A stretch of DNA of 61,575 bases, the filler included, from Sphacelaria rigidula (Eukaryota), in NCBI GenBank assembly GCA_964200075.2. It is 7 parts of 7 records of this genome, joined end to end, with 100 filler letters (N's around TTAATTAATTAA, not from the genome) between each part and the next. Parts side by side here need not be neighbours in the genome. Positions count along the whole stretch, not along the records: positions 44,056 to 52,765 come from CAXNAA020010306.1; positions 52,866 to 61,575 come from CAXNAA020010307.1; 5 more parts are not named here. One strand, written 5' to 3'. The translations under genes were made by a program, and so were the position numbers. Below the pieces are notes generated by a model that was not told where the DNA came from, made no database searches, and was given only the letters and a program-made list of their open reading frames with translations. Shown one piece after another: positions 48,771 through 61,575 of this stretch (position 1 is its first letter; the number at the start of each line of letters is the position of its first letter).

Positions 48771-51189
48771 AATGCAGTCAAAAGTAGCGTGCTCGACTGT
48801 GTGTCGGAATCTGAAGAGAACTGCGGCCGGTATCCAAGTTGCTTGGCATATACAGGCTGGTTCACGCTCATCACCCAAAAATTTTGTCCTCAGCATTACC
48901 TACCCAGTTGTTGCATACATGGTATCATAATGACCGTAATGAACAGACGAAGAGAGTGACGTAGCCGGATTTTTGTTCGAGGTCATAGCCGAAAAGGTAC
49001 GTCGACCAATCAGCACCCTTCAAATGTTCTGAAATTAAATAAACAAATTCCCACCCCAATTTCTACCTAATATTTATATGCCTCAAATCGCAGTAAGCAC
49101 CATCAGCTCGGGAATCTAACGGGGAAAACAGGTTTGGAAACGAATACTATGGGATCGAGTTATACCCCAAACCGTGGTATTTAGGTGATATGGGGTTTTA
49201 GCGTCCCTGGATTACTACTGACGATAGGAGGCACCACAGAAAGTCTCCTGACAATTTCCCTCATATCTATCGAAGCTCTGGCCGCCCTCAAACTTCGCAG
49301 TTCGGTAGGTCCTAGTGCTCCCAATGGAAAAATAATGTGTTTAAATATTATGAAGTTTCTCCCAATATCAAGCCCCCCGGGAAGCCGGTACAGAATGCAT
49401 CAACGTGAAAAAAAGTTATGCGTCTCGGGGTGATTCATGGAAAAAAAAAACATCTTCCCTCTAAAATCAAGAGTTACGAGTTTACACATTTCAACTTCAT
49501 CGCAGAAGAGCAGAAATGTCCACGCCAATTTTGGAGTTGGACTCTAAAACTTTGCACACATCTACTAGGGGACACTACGAAGCTTCGTATAGATGGGGTC
49601 TTCCGCGTGGCATGCTTTCCAGGACCCTGAGACTCAGGATAACTGGCGAGAAAAGAAAAAGTCGGGGTCCCGTTCATACATAGTGTTGCGCCAAAAGGAA
49701 AAAAAAAAACATTTTCCGAACAGAATCTGACCGCTTTTCCCTCTAGTACGCACTGCTGCAGCGCACAATACCAAATGTAGCGACGTGGAACTGTTGACTG
49801 TGGTTCGCACAGCATATGAGTGAAGTTTCAGCGCCTCGCAGCGGCTACAGCGCGCGTAGGGCCGTGCCTCATGAACTGCGCAGCTTCATGGGCTATCTGC
49901 CGATCGGTGCACTACAGATGGTCATGATCCAGAAAGGATCGCAGCACAGACCGTTGTCAGTTTGCGACCACATCGGCCGTTCAGCCGCTCAACATGTCTA
50001 AGTTTGTGCATCTGCGCGTGCATATATGCATTTGCCCCCAGTGCGCAAGGTCTGGGCTGCTGTATAGGCGATTTGAGGGCGCATGGACGGCATTCCCCGA
50101 AATCGCTTGTGGCCATGTTATAGGAAAGTCTGGGGCCCAAGCGCGTGGATGCTTCGCGCATGCGCCGTCTGTGTTGCGTCCAACTTGTGTGCAAAGTTTC
50201 ATGATGGAATGCGCAATCGCAGGCGAGAAATCCACAAGCAAAGTTCCACTGGAAACTGGGAGTTTACCGTAGGAAAGTATCCAAATAAACATGAGGTGCG
50301 GTTACGCCCTGGTTGTGTCGCATATCAGATGCTGTTACGCAGTATTACGGTATGGGTACGGTCTGTAAACCGTATATTGCATCAGCGTATTATACTGCAC
50401 TTTATAGTGGTCGAATGACGAAGTTTCAAAATTTAGAGCCATCAGCTGCGCCGCCAGACATGGATGCAAACGATGGTGTCGTTCTGGTTTTCTTCGAAAG
50501 CAATTGAGATGCAGCATCAGGCGAATTGCACACTCCATATACTACGCCTTAGGCGTGGTGATGAGCTGGAACGCGAAGCGTGGTCGCCACCTATCGGCGT
50601 ACCATGAGGCCCGCAAGGCACCCGTACCGAGCAACATAAAGCACACCGAACGCGAGACACAATCACACTCTTAGCCTGAAACTTGTGCCGACGAATCAGC
50701 CTTGAACATAGCTTTTCGGATATGCCGCGTGTTGGGCCGTAGGTCCTCCCTCTGGGGCACCTCGCTCGTGTGGACTACACCTACTTTGCGGATGATCCCA
50801 GCTGATGATTTATACAATGACTCGTGTATGCGAAAATCGGCACACATTTGACTTTTTTTTTTTGGCGCAACACTGTACAACGGTCCAGTGTCTCATAGGG
50901 AATGTGTGCAAATTTTCAGAGTCAATACTCCAAGCATTGGCGTGAACATCTGCGAATGAGTGGATTTGGAGTGGTGATCGTGAATCAGCTTGTATTTCAC
51001 CCGTGGATGATGGATTTGTGTGGATCCCTGTGTAAGGAGTGATGTACCACTCCATATTATTAGAATGGGAGGTTGGATCGGATATTCAGTATACCAGAGT
51101 ACCCATGCGTATTCTGTACCCCATCCCACTCAGCACCTTGGAAGGTCTCAATAGTGCTTAGCAAAACGTACAGCACTTTACGTACCCTG

Positions 51190-51420
51190 AACCCCGGAGT
51201 ATTCTCGTTATTGAGTAGTCAAGAGCACTAGACCATCGACCGCCGAAAACACCGCGTATCCCGTAGTACCTGCAGTACTCGGGTGCCGGAAATACCGAGT
51301 ATTCCAGAGTACCTGGAGTATCAAGTGTCAAAGGGTGCCTGGAGTGGGAACTCCCTGAAATACTGAGTATCCCGGGGCTCCCTGGAGTACCAACCCCCAA
51401 GCACTAGACAAAACTCGGTA
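51190..51420. repeat. Degenerate GAGTA/TACTC-motif repeat
   Basis: Multiple ggagta(t/c), gagtattc and gtactc motifs. Confidence 0.5.
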
Positions 51421-52765
51421 GTGGGTGGAGACAGTACAGTGAATACTGTATACAGGGTGCGGCACAAGCCACCACAGCGTCAGGCCCCTCCTTATCGAAA
51501 CAGATTGATTGTTTTTATCGCAATCGTTTTTCTTCAAATGGACTGCAACTAGTCGCTGCGTTGCCATCCCTGAAAGAAGCGCCCGGTATTATTCTTGTAG
51601 AAACGATTTAGTTTTCAGCCCGAAGAGGAACATAGATGTCCCGTTGATGACCGGGGCACATGAAAAGGCTGGCTCACTACCCAACAGAACTACACGAGAA
51701 CCTGGGGATCTCATCACCCCCGCAAATAGAAAACGCACACCTCGAGTCATATCTGCCGATCCGCTGACCACCTGGTGCTTGACCTTGTTCAAATCTGCTG
51801 AGACTTCGATTAGAAACGATGATTTGTGTGAGATGCGCGCCCCAACACACGCACGCGAAGGGTCACGAACGGCAGATTTTCGATTGGAGAATGACACGCA
51901 CGCGACCGCCTCTCCTCCAGTACATGACGGATTTCTGTCATACTAAAACTGCCATGTGTGAATGAGCAGAGGCTAGCGCTGGAGCTAATTTGCGCGGGTG
52001 GTAGATGTCCGTGCGTTTTTTTCGCGGCTCGGTGCCTCGGTGTCATGATTCCTTACTGCGTTCTTTTCTGTAGCAGCACAGGGATGTTTGACCAATGATC
52101 ACTTGAAGAACCGCCGCATGTTTGAACCCGTGTGCAGATTCAGGCTTGGATCCGGCTACGAAATGTTGTCGATGAGACTCAAGCTGGCCGTCGTGATATA
52201 TTTGCTGTCTTGAAAAGCTATTCTTGGAAAATCGATTTTTATTCTGTTTCGGTAACAACCTCTCCTTACATCAAGCGTCACATGCGTGGTACAGTCTTTT
52301 TTTTGTCGGCATTGCCGTTGATTGTTTGAACAGAAACTCCATCTTGTACACATCTCGACAGACGCAAAAGACCTTGAAGGGGGTACAGCACAGTGCACAT
52401 ACTTCAAAGAACGGCAGAGATCTACATCAGGGACGCGCGTTGCCGCAAACCGCTCCCAACTGCCTGCCGTTTATAAAACGATTTTAGGCACAAGCGTGGC
52501 TCGCCACGATTTGCGCCCAAATCGTGTATAAGCTTTGAGGTAGCACCTCCCATACCCCCTGCAGGCAAATTGTCCTGTAAATCATGGTGTGTGCGCAGAT
52601 GACTCTCTCGTGCTGAACACAAAATACCTTCTACTCGTCTTACACGTCACGATGTCATTTTTACGTGTAATGTGACGCAGAGACGCTGCCCCCCCCCCCC
52701 CCCCCCACGCCCCGCGCCCCCCCCCCCCCCCCCCCCCCCCCCCGCCGCCCCGCCCCCGCCCGCCC

Positions 52766-52865
52766 NNNNNNNNNNNNNNNNNNNNNNNNNNNNNNNNNNN
52801 NNNNNNNNNTTAATTAATTAANNNNNNNNNNNNNNNNNNNNNNNNNNNNNNNNNNNNNNNNNNNN
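52766..52865. other. Artificial contig-joining spacer
   Basis: N44-TTAATTAATTAA-N44. Confidence 0.99.
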
Positions 52866-52929
52866 GGACACAATCCCGGGGAGCGGTTGATTCTCATTTC
52901 AAAATACGTTCTCATTTTTCTGGCAACCC

Positions 52930-54684
52930 TGTTATCAGATGGTGCCTCTGGGTCTTCTGGTTCGTCCGTGTCGAGGCGAGCAGTGTACGTGGGAGGTGCA
53001 AATAGTTCGGTGGGGAGTGCTGGAGCGGATAGTGTGCAATTCCTCGGCCAACCAGGATCCGTGTCTGGTGCACCTCTTACTGCTGCGACGGCTGTAACGG
53101 CGTCGCCTGCATATTCGGCGACGCGGTCTGGGTGGACCGCCTATTCTCAATTTTCGATGCCAAATGCTGGAGCGCAGCCATGGGATCAGGTGACTCTTGG
53201 TACCGGCTAGGATTCTTCGGCAGGCGTGGTGCCTGTCGGTCGAAACGTAGAGTGTCTACGCGCAGACCTTTTCGTGCCTGGCTCCGTAGGTTCGTTCCTA
53301 GCCCGCGTTATTCTGGATTCTGGGTCCGCCCTCACGTCGACCGGTGTGGGGTTGCTGAAACAACTGTCTTCGCAGTTTGGCGGCGCTCAGCTGCAGCATC
53401 CGTTCGAAACTTTATCGCAAATGGCACAGACCGCCACGGGTACTCCCGTGACGGTTGTGCATAAAACGGTGCCGATTGCGGTTAGCGTGCGTACGCCGTG
53501 GGGGGCTGTGGAGTTGTAGTTCATCATTTTCGCCGTCATGCCCGGCAGGGATAACGTGGTTCTGTCTGGGATGGCGACGATGAAGGAGCTTGAGATCGAT
53601 TTGTATTCGCTGGCGTTGGATACGTTACGCCCGCGTGCAGTGCCGGTGCAAAAAAGCATGGAAAATCCCAGTTATCTTGCTGCGAGGCGTGTCACGTATC
53701 CATACGGTCGTTCCAGAGTGCCAGTGAGGAGGAGGCTCCTGCGGATGCAGCGGCGGAGCGCTTGGTCTATCGTGGGCCCGACATATTAATGGACCCTGCG
53801 GAGGAGAGAGGTGCCAGAGAACATGCGCTAGAGGATAGCGTGCAGCAGGCCGAGTAGAAGGGCCTGAGCGCTGACGGCGCATATCGTCTGTGTGACATTT
53901 CGGCTCGTCGCGTGGATACCTTTCGTCGTGCGCTGCGTGGTGATCTGCCAGCGCGCGTGGAAGCCGATGATGCAGCTCAAGCCACAAGCGAAGGCTGTGA
54001 AAGCCAGGTATCGCCGTTACGATATGGTGAAGACCGGGCGGCTTGCTTCATGCATCGCAGCTTTGGTGGCGTTTGGTTTGCTGGTCAGGAGTATTCAGGC
54101 TGTGTGGGCAAGTCCGGCGATGGCGGTGCCGAAGCGGGACACATTCCGTTTGATCAGCAACCACCAGGCGGTGAACGCGCAGATGGAACAGCCTCCGGGG
54201 ATGATGCCAAGCCAAGAGGACATGCGGGAGTTGCTGGGAGCCCAATGCTTCGGCACGTTGGACCTGCTCCATGGGTATTGGTAGATGCCTCTGGCGCCGG
54301 AATCTCAGGAGATCTTCACGATCGTCACGCCTGGCGGTTTGTTCACGCCTACTCGTGTCCCTTAAGGCGTGTTGAACGCCACGGCGTATTTCCAAGGTGT
54401 GGTGACTGACATTTCTAGAGGTCTAAACTGTAAAGTGTGAGTGGGTGACGTTTTTCATTTTGCTGAGACTAAAGGAGCATTGCTTGCTTTGCTTGACGAA
54501 ATTCTCGGCCGCCTGGAGAGTGTTGGTCTGTTTATCTCTGCGCATAAGTGCACTATTTTTGCCCGCATAGTGGTTTGGCGTGGTAAAGTGTACTCCAGGG
54601 GTACTGTTTCGCATGATCCTGTCCGCATCCAAGTTAGAGGCAATGCATGACGTCCTCAAACCGCTAGTGAGCTGATCCAGTTTC
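52930..54684 (+). mobile_element. Decayed Ty3/Gypsy retrotransposon (gag end, protease, RT)
   Basis: ILDSGS aspartic protease motif (~53310); WASPAMAVPK, GTLDLLHGYW*MPL, RVP*GVLNATAYFQ, V*VGDV (decayed catalytic DD motif), AHKC; multiple stops and frameshifts. Confidence 0.93.
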
Positions 54685-55113
54685 TGTTGGAAATATTGGC
54701 TCGTGGTGTTTGGTACTGTTCTCGAGACAGATCGACTACTGTCACGTCAATAGTGGTGTATGGCAGAGGTTGCATAGTGGTAGTAAAACCACTTGCTTCT
54801 GCAGCAGACAGAAGGTCAAAAAGAGAAATGGTGTTTGGGGCACTTCACGCGGCCGAACAAAATCAAGCAGCCTCATTTTCATGCAGAGGGCTGAGGGAAC
54901 GAAGGAGAACTGAGTAAGATCGGGAGAGTAATTGCATAGGCGGTAGAGACCACCGAATCCAAGCATACTCAATCCTGGAACAGAAAGTCAAGACCTGTTC
55001 ACGTACGTAGGATCAAATCGTATAATCCAATTCGACCTTGCTACGCTGACGCGGTAGCCTTGCCAGCTGTTGAGCTCGGATCAACTGAAATCTTGCATAC
55101 AAGATATCTTACA
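54685..55113 (+). mobile_element. Solo-LTR-like element truncating the Gypsy RT
   Basis: Starts TGTTGGAA exactly where the Gypsy reading frame stops, ends caagatatcttaca; homologous to 30125-30580. Confidence 0.55.
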
Positions 55114-55676
55114 GCTTATGTGACATAAATACTCTGCTAGAGTATCTCTCATTGACAAATCATGGCAACACGCCTACTTCAGCAATATCCTACTTGAAAG
55201 TCATTCGAACAAGTAGACTGTAAATCAACACAAAAGAGGTACTCTCCGTGAAAAAGATACGAATCAAACAGTGTTACATGGTTTGTGGATTCGTTGAACC
55301 GCAACAGGTTATACCGCTATCTTTTGTTGCAATGACTTCATTCAAACCCAGCAAATGTAGACTATATCGTCTAGGTTTTTGCAACAGGGGGGGGTACTCA
55401 TGATCATGCATGCCATAGTCACATGCCCATTGACCTCACATCCCGACAAAGCCGGGACGGAGCACGCCAGGTGTTCGCCGGTTCTTCACATTCTGATCCT
55501 ATGATGACATGAGAGAGCAATGCTACGGTAGGGGTTACACTTTTTCAGCGATACCGTTTGTCGGGGCTGCTCGGGAAGGTGGATGGGTCATTTTGAGAAT
55601 CGGCATCATTTTTACTTGAACCAGAGTGAAAATTGTGTCGATTCCCGAAGAGGCCTCAACACCATGCTTCTGGGAG

Positions 55677-55972
55677 TAACAATGTTTTAGTGAGATTGAG
55701 AGTAGAGGATACGATTGAGGGTGAAAAGCGGTTAGTTAGTGAATTAATCATTTCAGTTGCGAAATGCTCCAGAATGACGCTTGACATGCTTTAGGATGCC
55801 ACTGAGGCCCTCGGTATCCTTGAGTAGGATATCGACGTGTAGCTGTAAGCACACGCTTGTGATGGAGGCAAAGAGAACTACACACGAAATGAAATATTGG
55901 CTAACTTAAAGCGAATGATCAAAGCCACTCTCAATCAGCGCTCCACTCTCAATCTCACGAAAGCGGTGTTGA
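55677..55972. mobile_element. MITE with imperfect ~45-bp TIRs (gtgagattgagagt motif)
   Basis: Left aacaatgttttagtgagattgagagtagagg; right end (reverse complement) aacaccgctttcgtgagattgagagtggagc; second copy at 17456. Confidence 0.7.
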
Positions 55973-56789
55973 CTCCGGTCCCCGGAGATTCGGGTTGTAC
56001 AGTAGTCCTCATAGTTGGGCTCCTACAAAGAAGACACCAAGAGCAAAAAAGTGCAACACTACCGTAGTATTGCTCGAGACAAGGAGTATAACTTTGCTCC
56101 GCCATTCTCCAAAATTCAGATAAGATATGACTGGCGGGTAGGGGAAGTAGATTCTAGGTGAATGTTTGCACGTACACCGGAGCAGCTGCTACACGAACTG
56201 CAGTTGCGTTTCAAAAGCACGTACGTCGTGGTTGCTATCGAATGTTCGGTGAATTGCTTTTGAAAGCATACGGTCAACGAGTTCGGTTGAGTAACGACCA
56301 ACAGCAGCTACTGAAGGATATAGGCTTGCGTGTACGTTTATGCCACTGGAATTAACTCGTGCCGTATAAGATTTGGAGGTATGACTGAATATGTTTTGGG
56401 TCGGAAACAGGTCTGTGTAGGAACCCTACTGTCCCACTTTGTTCTCTACCGTCACTTTGGAGGTCAGCATTACAGTAGAAACTGATCAAATACATCTTCA
56501 AGGTTCAGCTCATCTGCTGTACATCCAGCCACCATCTGCTCCGAGTGAACACGTCACCAAGAACAAGGCTAAAACAGCTTATCGTGGGCGTCCCGGAGGA
56601 CGTAACTCTTGAAGCAATCATTCAGGGCTTGATCCTAGAGTAAAATATCATTCTACTGTCTTTCAACAGTTGGGGGCCACACTTCACATCGCATTTGTCA
56701 CCCAAGCGCTAGACACTCAAGCTGGCGAAAAGGTCGTTATTGAGTGTAAGCATTTCACACGTCCGACAAGTCATGAGTTAACACAGCGA

Positions 56790-57150
56790 AGCGGTATAAC
56801 TCAGGCAGCGGGGAAAGGTACCGCTCAACTGTACTGTGACTCAACCAGTGAAGACTGGGACCGCCGAGTTATACCATATATTTTGTTCGGTGAAACCCGG
56901 AATCCCTTAGTTATACCGAATAAGGCATCTGGTGAAAAAAGGTATCACTGAAGTTCACCGAATGACTCAGACAGTGAAAATTGGGACCGCTGACTTGTAC
57001 CATACAACGCATCCCGTATGAAAAACAAATTACCGCTGGATTTTACACCCTATACCTCAGGCAGTGGACCCCGAGACCGCTGAGTTATACCGTACAGCTC
57101 ATCCAGTGGAAATAAGTACCACTGAGGTATACGGCATAACTCACCGCGGA
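56790..57150. repeat. Degenerate ~42-bp tandem array
   Basis: gtgaa anchors at ~56848, 56890, 56932 and 56974; recurrent accgctgagttatacc. Confidence 0.7.
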
Positions 57151-57437
57151 GTCACAAAAAACGAGTGAATTTGAATTAACCCTTAGCCCGCTCTAGGAGT
57201 AAATGCAATAGTAGAGCAAGCCGTACTCAAAGAAGGAATGTGACAAGCTGATCCTGTGTTCGGCTCCTTTAACCAAGCTGCAGAGGTTTAATCTGAACAC
57301 AACAATACCAGCTGTTTGGGGAAAATACAGCCCAAGCCTGACGATAATTACAATCGGCGAATAAGGTGGAGGGAGGAGGATTATATTACAACGCAGCTTC
57401 ACAGACTCACGTCGTTTGGCTGTGGACTTAAAGACCG

Positions 57438-58675
57438 CACACGTGGACAAATAGCACCCTGTAGGACGAGCTGCACAGGATTCTCCACAGTCTTTGTGAA
57501 AACTCCTGTGCAGCATTTGCGAACCCTGGTACCTGTAATAGCATTTTGCATAGCGTTTTCGTCGAAACCCTGCAAGCAACTCTGTGGAGAGGCCTTCCCA
57601 ATTTGGAAAATTCCAAGTTATTATAGTACAAAATCTGTAAATTTGTCTCGGACAGCAGGAGAAGCTATTCAAAACAGATCCGTTTTTCGCTCAATTTATG
57701 TGGGCGGAAAAAGGGTATATTTCGAACAGCAGAAGCTGTTCGGAATATACCCTTTTCCCGCCCACATTATAATCCGATGCACACTGGCAGGTTTAAAATT
57801 TGAACAGCAGAAGAAGCTCGAAATAAGTCTTCACTTTGCCCTCCAATTCATCCGGAAATTGGGCAGAAAGAGATTTATTGCGAACAGCGTCAACTGGGCA
57901 TATCCCGCATACTGCACCGTTATCAGTGTATGGGATCCGTCAAGCAGAAACAAATTGTTGAAAGAAATTAATCATTTTGCCTTTCCGGTCCATGCACATG
58001 GGCTAAAGGATGAATAATTATCAAAAGCTTTTGCTGCATGGAGATCCGACACACAGATTACGATCGAGTGTATGTCCACACGCCTACGAGTTTAGATACG
58101 ACGCTTCCGCTTAAGACGTGGACATTGGGATGACAATATATACCTCGCATATGACTACACAATGCCTTTAAAAACCCCGGGGTCCGCAGTCTACCAAAAT
58201 CACTCAACCGAGTATGCTTTTGTTTAGAGAGGTTTTTGTTTGGCGGTTATTAGAAGCACCAGATATTGCTATCGTAAGCACCAAACCAGGTAGCTCAACA
58301 GGTAACCGGACGCACTCCTGAGCTCAACATTGTAAGTTGAATCCTCACCCCTGCCACTTCTCGACGGTTGTTTTCTACCAGCCCCATGCCTATGCTGTAT
58401 GGAGTATGTTGTATACGTGCTATAAAGGCTGCACAGCATATTATTAGCGATGAATTCTACACAGAGTGACGAAACCCTGTGAATGCCCTGTGTGGCAAAA
58501 AATAATACCCTACAGTCAAATCGCCGCGAAAAGCCCTGCACAGTTTCCCTGAACCCTGTGAAGCGTCCTGTGGGGCGCAAAAAACAAAACTACACCCAGA
58601 TCCCCGCGAGAAACACTGCACAGTTTCCCTGAACCCTGTAGACGTGCCTCACAGGGTGCTATTTGTCCACGTGTG
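57438..58675. mobile_element. Non-autonomous DNA transposon with CAC...GTG ends (CMC/EnSpm-like), 1238 bp
   Basis: Perfect 25-bp TIR CACACGTGGACAAATAGCACCCTGT; CG dinucleotide on both flanks (possible 2-bp TSD); subterminal ccctg(t/c) repeats at both ends. Confidence 0.82.
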
Positions 58676-61399
58676 CGAGTAGAACTGGAGAGATCGATGG
58701 GGTAGGTGACGATTGAAAGCTCTTATTTTGTCCAAAAGGTACCTGTAGATGGGTCTGTGGGGCAAGTGAAACTCGGTAGGGACGAGGCTCTTCACAAAAC
58801 CTCCTGGCCACGCATGCAACACTGTCATATTACAAAATCATCCCGGCGTGTGCCTCCAACCAATCAAGCGTTGGCACGCGTGTCCCACATATGACTACTC
58901 CGGCACAGGCTATGTCCGAACACAAACTCATGAAAACGCCAAATTAGCCATGGAAATGGTTCAATTTCTACTTTACACGAGCTCATTTTCGGTTAGGATC
59001 TCCTCATACCCGCCGATCGTCTGTAAAACGATCGTGATACCCCACTGTGCTAGCTTAATTCTCGCACGCGGTAATATACCATCACAATATGCCACCCTGG
59101 ATCGTTCAAGTGCCATTCCTTTTCAGAGGGGACGAACTTGCATCGAGCCACACCACTCCCACACCACAGAGAACTGAGACCCATTTCAAAGATAAAGTAT
59201 TCTTCGGTACAGGGAGCGATAAGGCACGAACAACACGAAAACAAAACAAACAAAAACACAAATACAAATACAAAACACAAAACACAAAACGAAAAACACG
59301 AAACACAAAGCAAAAGAAGAAAAGTCGAACCGATACAAGAATACAGTGTCCTCAAACTTCGCATCTCAGGGGATATCATGGGAAATTTAAAATATGCATG
59401 AAAAAAATCAAACCGATATACCCAAATATGCAGTGTCCTCGAAATGCCGTGAGCATATCCGGGATAGTCACAGGTATTTAGAGGCCCATCATTGAAACGA
59501 TCATCATACAATCTCATAACTATATCATGAATATAATAGGTTACTCTTTTCCGGATGTCCGATTTGTTTCAGTTTCATTGGTAGAAAAACAAGCAAGCCC
59601 GCCAAGGCATTATATCACTTCGATAACCAATTTCATGCTAATCACTCGTCCCAGTCAATCAGCAGAAGCCAACAACCTACAGCCGATTTCGTCGCGGAAA
59701 AAGTAGGGTCCCGCGAAAACCATACGTTGGAAAAAAATACGAAATACGCATGATACCGACAAATCAATCCGGTTGTCGTGACTTAACTGTCGGTACATGT
59801 TTGTGAGAGCAACGACTTGCTAGGGACGTCTGGGTGATGATCCAGTCGTACAGCATTTTGTTTTTCATCACACGACGAGATACGAAAACAACCGGCCGGT
59901 TTGTGAGGTCGGGTATCCGTACACGTCAAAATTAACGTAATTGAGTCAATACACAACCATAGGAGCTACGACGTAGTTCCGAGGCAGATCGCCCAACACA
60001 TTTCTGAACCATGACAAATGCACGGGAGAGAGAGGGCCGACGCAGTCCACCCCTTACGGTATTCGTCCGTTCGGACTAAAACGATACCGACTCGAACACC
60101 AACTGGAGCAGAAACCGCAGCCGGTCGTACCGTCACGTTACTTCGTCCAATAATCCCTGATGAAAACAATACACCACCGACCGATTTCATGGGCGAGTAA
60201 CCCTACGCGAAAAAACTGGTGTAAGCAGTGACAAGAAAATAGCTAGTGGCGGACTCTGAGCCTGTAGGCTGTACCAATGGTCGAATATCGACATGGTGCA
60301 ACGGTCTGCTCCCGACGAGCAATCTATCCTGTCATGTAACGTAATGGTCCTGTATCAGGAGACGTTTGCAACCAAATACTCCGCTACTTCAATGACGATT
60401 CCTCAACATTGTTACGTACGACGCAGTCAGTGGTGACCATGTTGTATCTTACCAATCATCAAAGTATCAATCATCCGTTGTGTCGCATACACGTGACCCT
60501 TCCTATAAACGAGGTCGGTCGCACGTGTGCAGGACTCGCAGAAAAGTAGGCCAAGTGTTTGAGACTCGAGGATCAGGAACGTTGGAACACTTATGGCGAA
60601 TTTCCCGACATGGGCGCAAAAACCAAAACCAAAATAAATACAAAACTAGGGGTACGCTTGGCAAGAGCGAACACAAAATAACAGAAAAATGAAGCAGAAA
60701 AATAACACGTGGCGACCGTTCCTGTAAACGGAAGCGGGTATCGCGTGTACGAAGCAAGTAGGGTCAAGTGTTTCAGCCAAGAAGGTCAAAATATATCGGA
60801 CTCTCGGCTTTGGTTACTATCGCCCATGGTAACATAATACCAAACGTGAAACGCACACGAAAAGAAGACACGTTACGACCGATCCCGAAGAGGGAGGCGG
60901 TATTCGCGTACGGAGCGATTGAACAAGAGCGCAAATATTCCAGACGGGGGGGTCAGGTATGTCTAGCGCTCGCTCCGGAAACTTTCGACCAGAACGAAAA
61001 AAAAAAAAACAGCATCATGAACAAAACAAGACAAAAGGTGCGTATAACGAAGAAAAAAAGTAAACTACTCGTGGCAACTGTTCCAGAATATGGAATGGTC
61101 GCGAATATACGGCGCGGGGGACGAAGGTTCAAGTGTTCCAGACTCGGGGTCAGGAACGTTCGTGAAACGATCGTCACGTGACGGTCGTCACGTAATACTT
61201 CTCCATATGAACCCAGAAAAACATATGTGTATATATATACATCAAACACAAAAATAAGAAACAAAACGAGACGAAAAGAAAAAAAATAAGAAGGAAGAGA
61301 AAACAACACGAAACAGGGGATTCTATAAAATGAGGTTGATCACTGAAATGAGGTTTGAGGAGGCTAGCCAGTACGCGACAAAAACCCGAGGGAAGTGCC

Positions 61400-61575
61400 G
61401 TCCGCAAGTGCCTTCGATCATTTTCGGGGGGGTGAGGCGTACTTATCTATTGCTTGCCTTAGTAGTTTGACCATTGAACACGCCCCGTCTCGAAAGATCA
61501 ATAGTCAAACTACTAAGGCAAGCAACAGATAAGTACGCCTCCCCCCCCCGAAAATGATCGAAGGCACTTGCGGAC
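61400..61575. repeat. Long inverted repeat (78-bp arms, 20-nt loop, 3 mismatches)
   Basis: 61400-61477 is the reverse complement of 61498-61575; the right arm reaches the contig end. Confidence 0.93.

Noticed and set aside
48600..48850. Tandem duplication and poly-Gly/poly-Pro ORFs around the short N gap
   Set aside because: Looks like an error-rich duplicate of adjacent sequence beside a poly-G run; most likely an assembly artefact
54280..54445. RIP- or methylation-driven mutation signature in the Gypsy RT (inferred CAG>TAG, CAA>TAA, TGG>TGA)
   Set aside because: Three transition-type stops are expected from ordinary decay; cannot be tested without a family alignment
57316..58017. 233-aa ORF as a gene
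   Set aside because: Starts at TTG, crosses the transposon TIR and subterminal repeats, and has no recognisable motif

Overview
Eukaryotic nuclear DNA, most likely from a brown alga (Phaeophyceae). This is inferred from the long GT-AG introns, TTAGGG motifs, roughly 50% GC and the repeat content. The window is not a contiguous locus. It is seven separate contigs of 8711 or 8710 bp joined by an artificial N44-TTAATTAATTAA-N44 spacer: 1-8711, 8812-17522, 17623-26333, 26434-35144, 35245-43955, 44056-52765 and 52866-61575. Nothing should be inferred across spacers. Host genes read by manual exon splicing: TIP41/TIPRL (contig 1, minus); a head-to-head gene pair whose ATGs are 332 bp apart (contig 3); four exons of a fucosyltransferase-like gene (contig 4); an apparently complete three-exon nucleotide-diphospho-sugar transferase, GT77-like (contig 5); and a possible ferric-reductase first exon (contig 6). 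The rest is mostly transposon debris: LINE RT and endonuclease fragments, decayed Copia and Gypsy elements, solo-LTR-like sequences, tRNA-derived SINEs, a hAT element with a perfect 8-bp TSD, a CAC..GTG (CMC-like) element, a MITE family carrying telomeric repeats, satellites and a 78-bp-arm hairpin. Two decayed intronless ORFs could not be assigned to any family. No prokaryote-type system (CRISPR, operon, defence locus) is supported.
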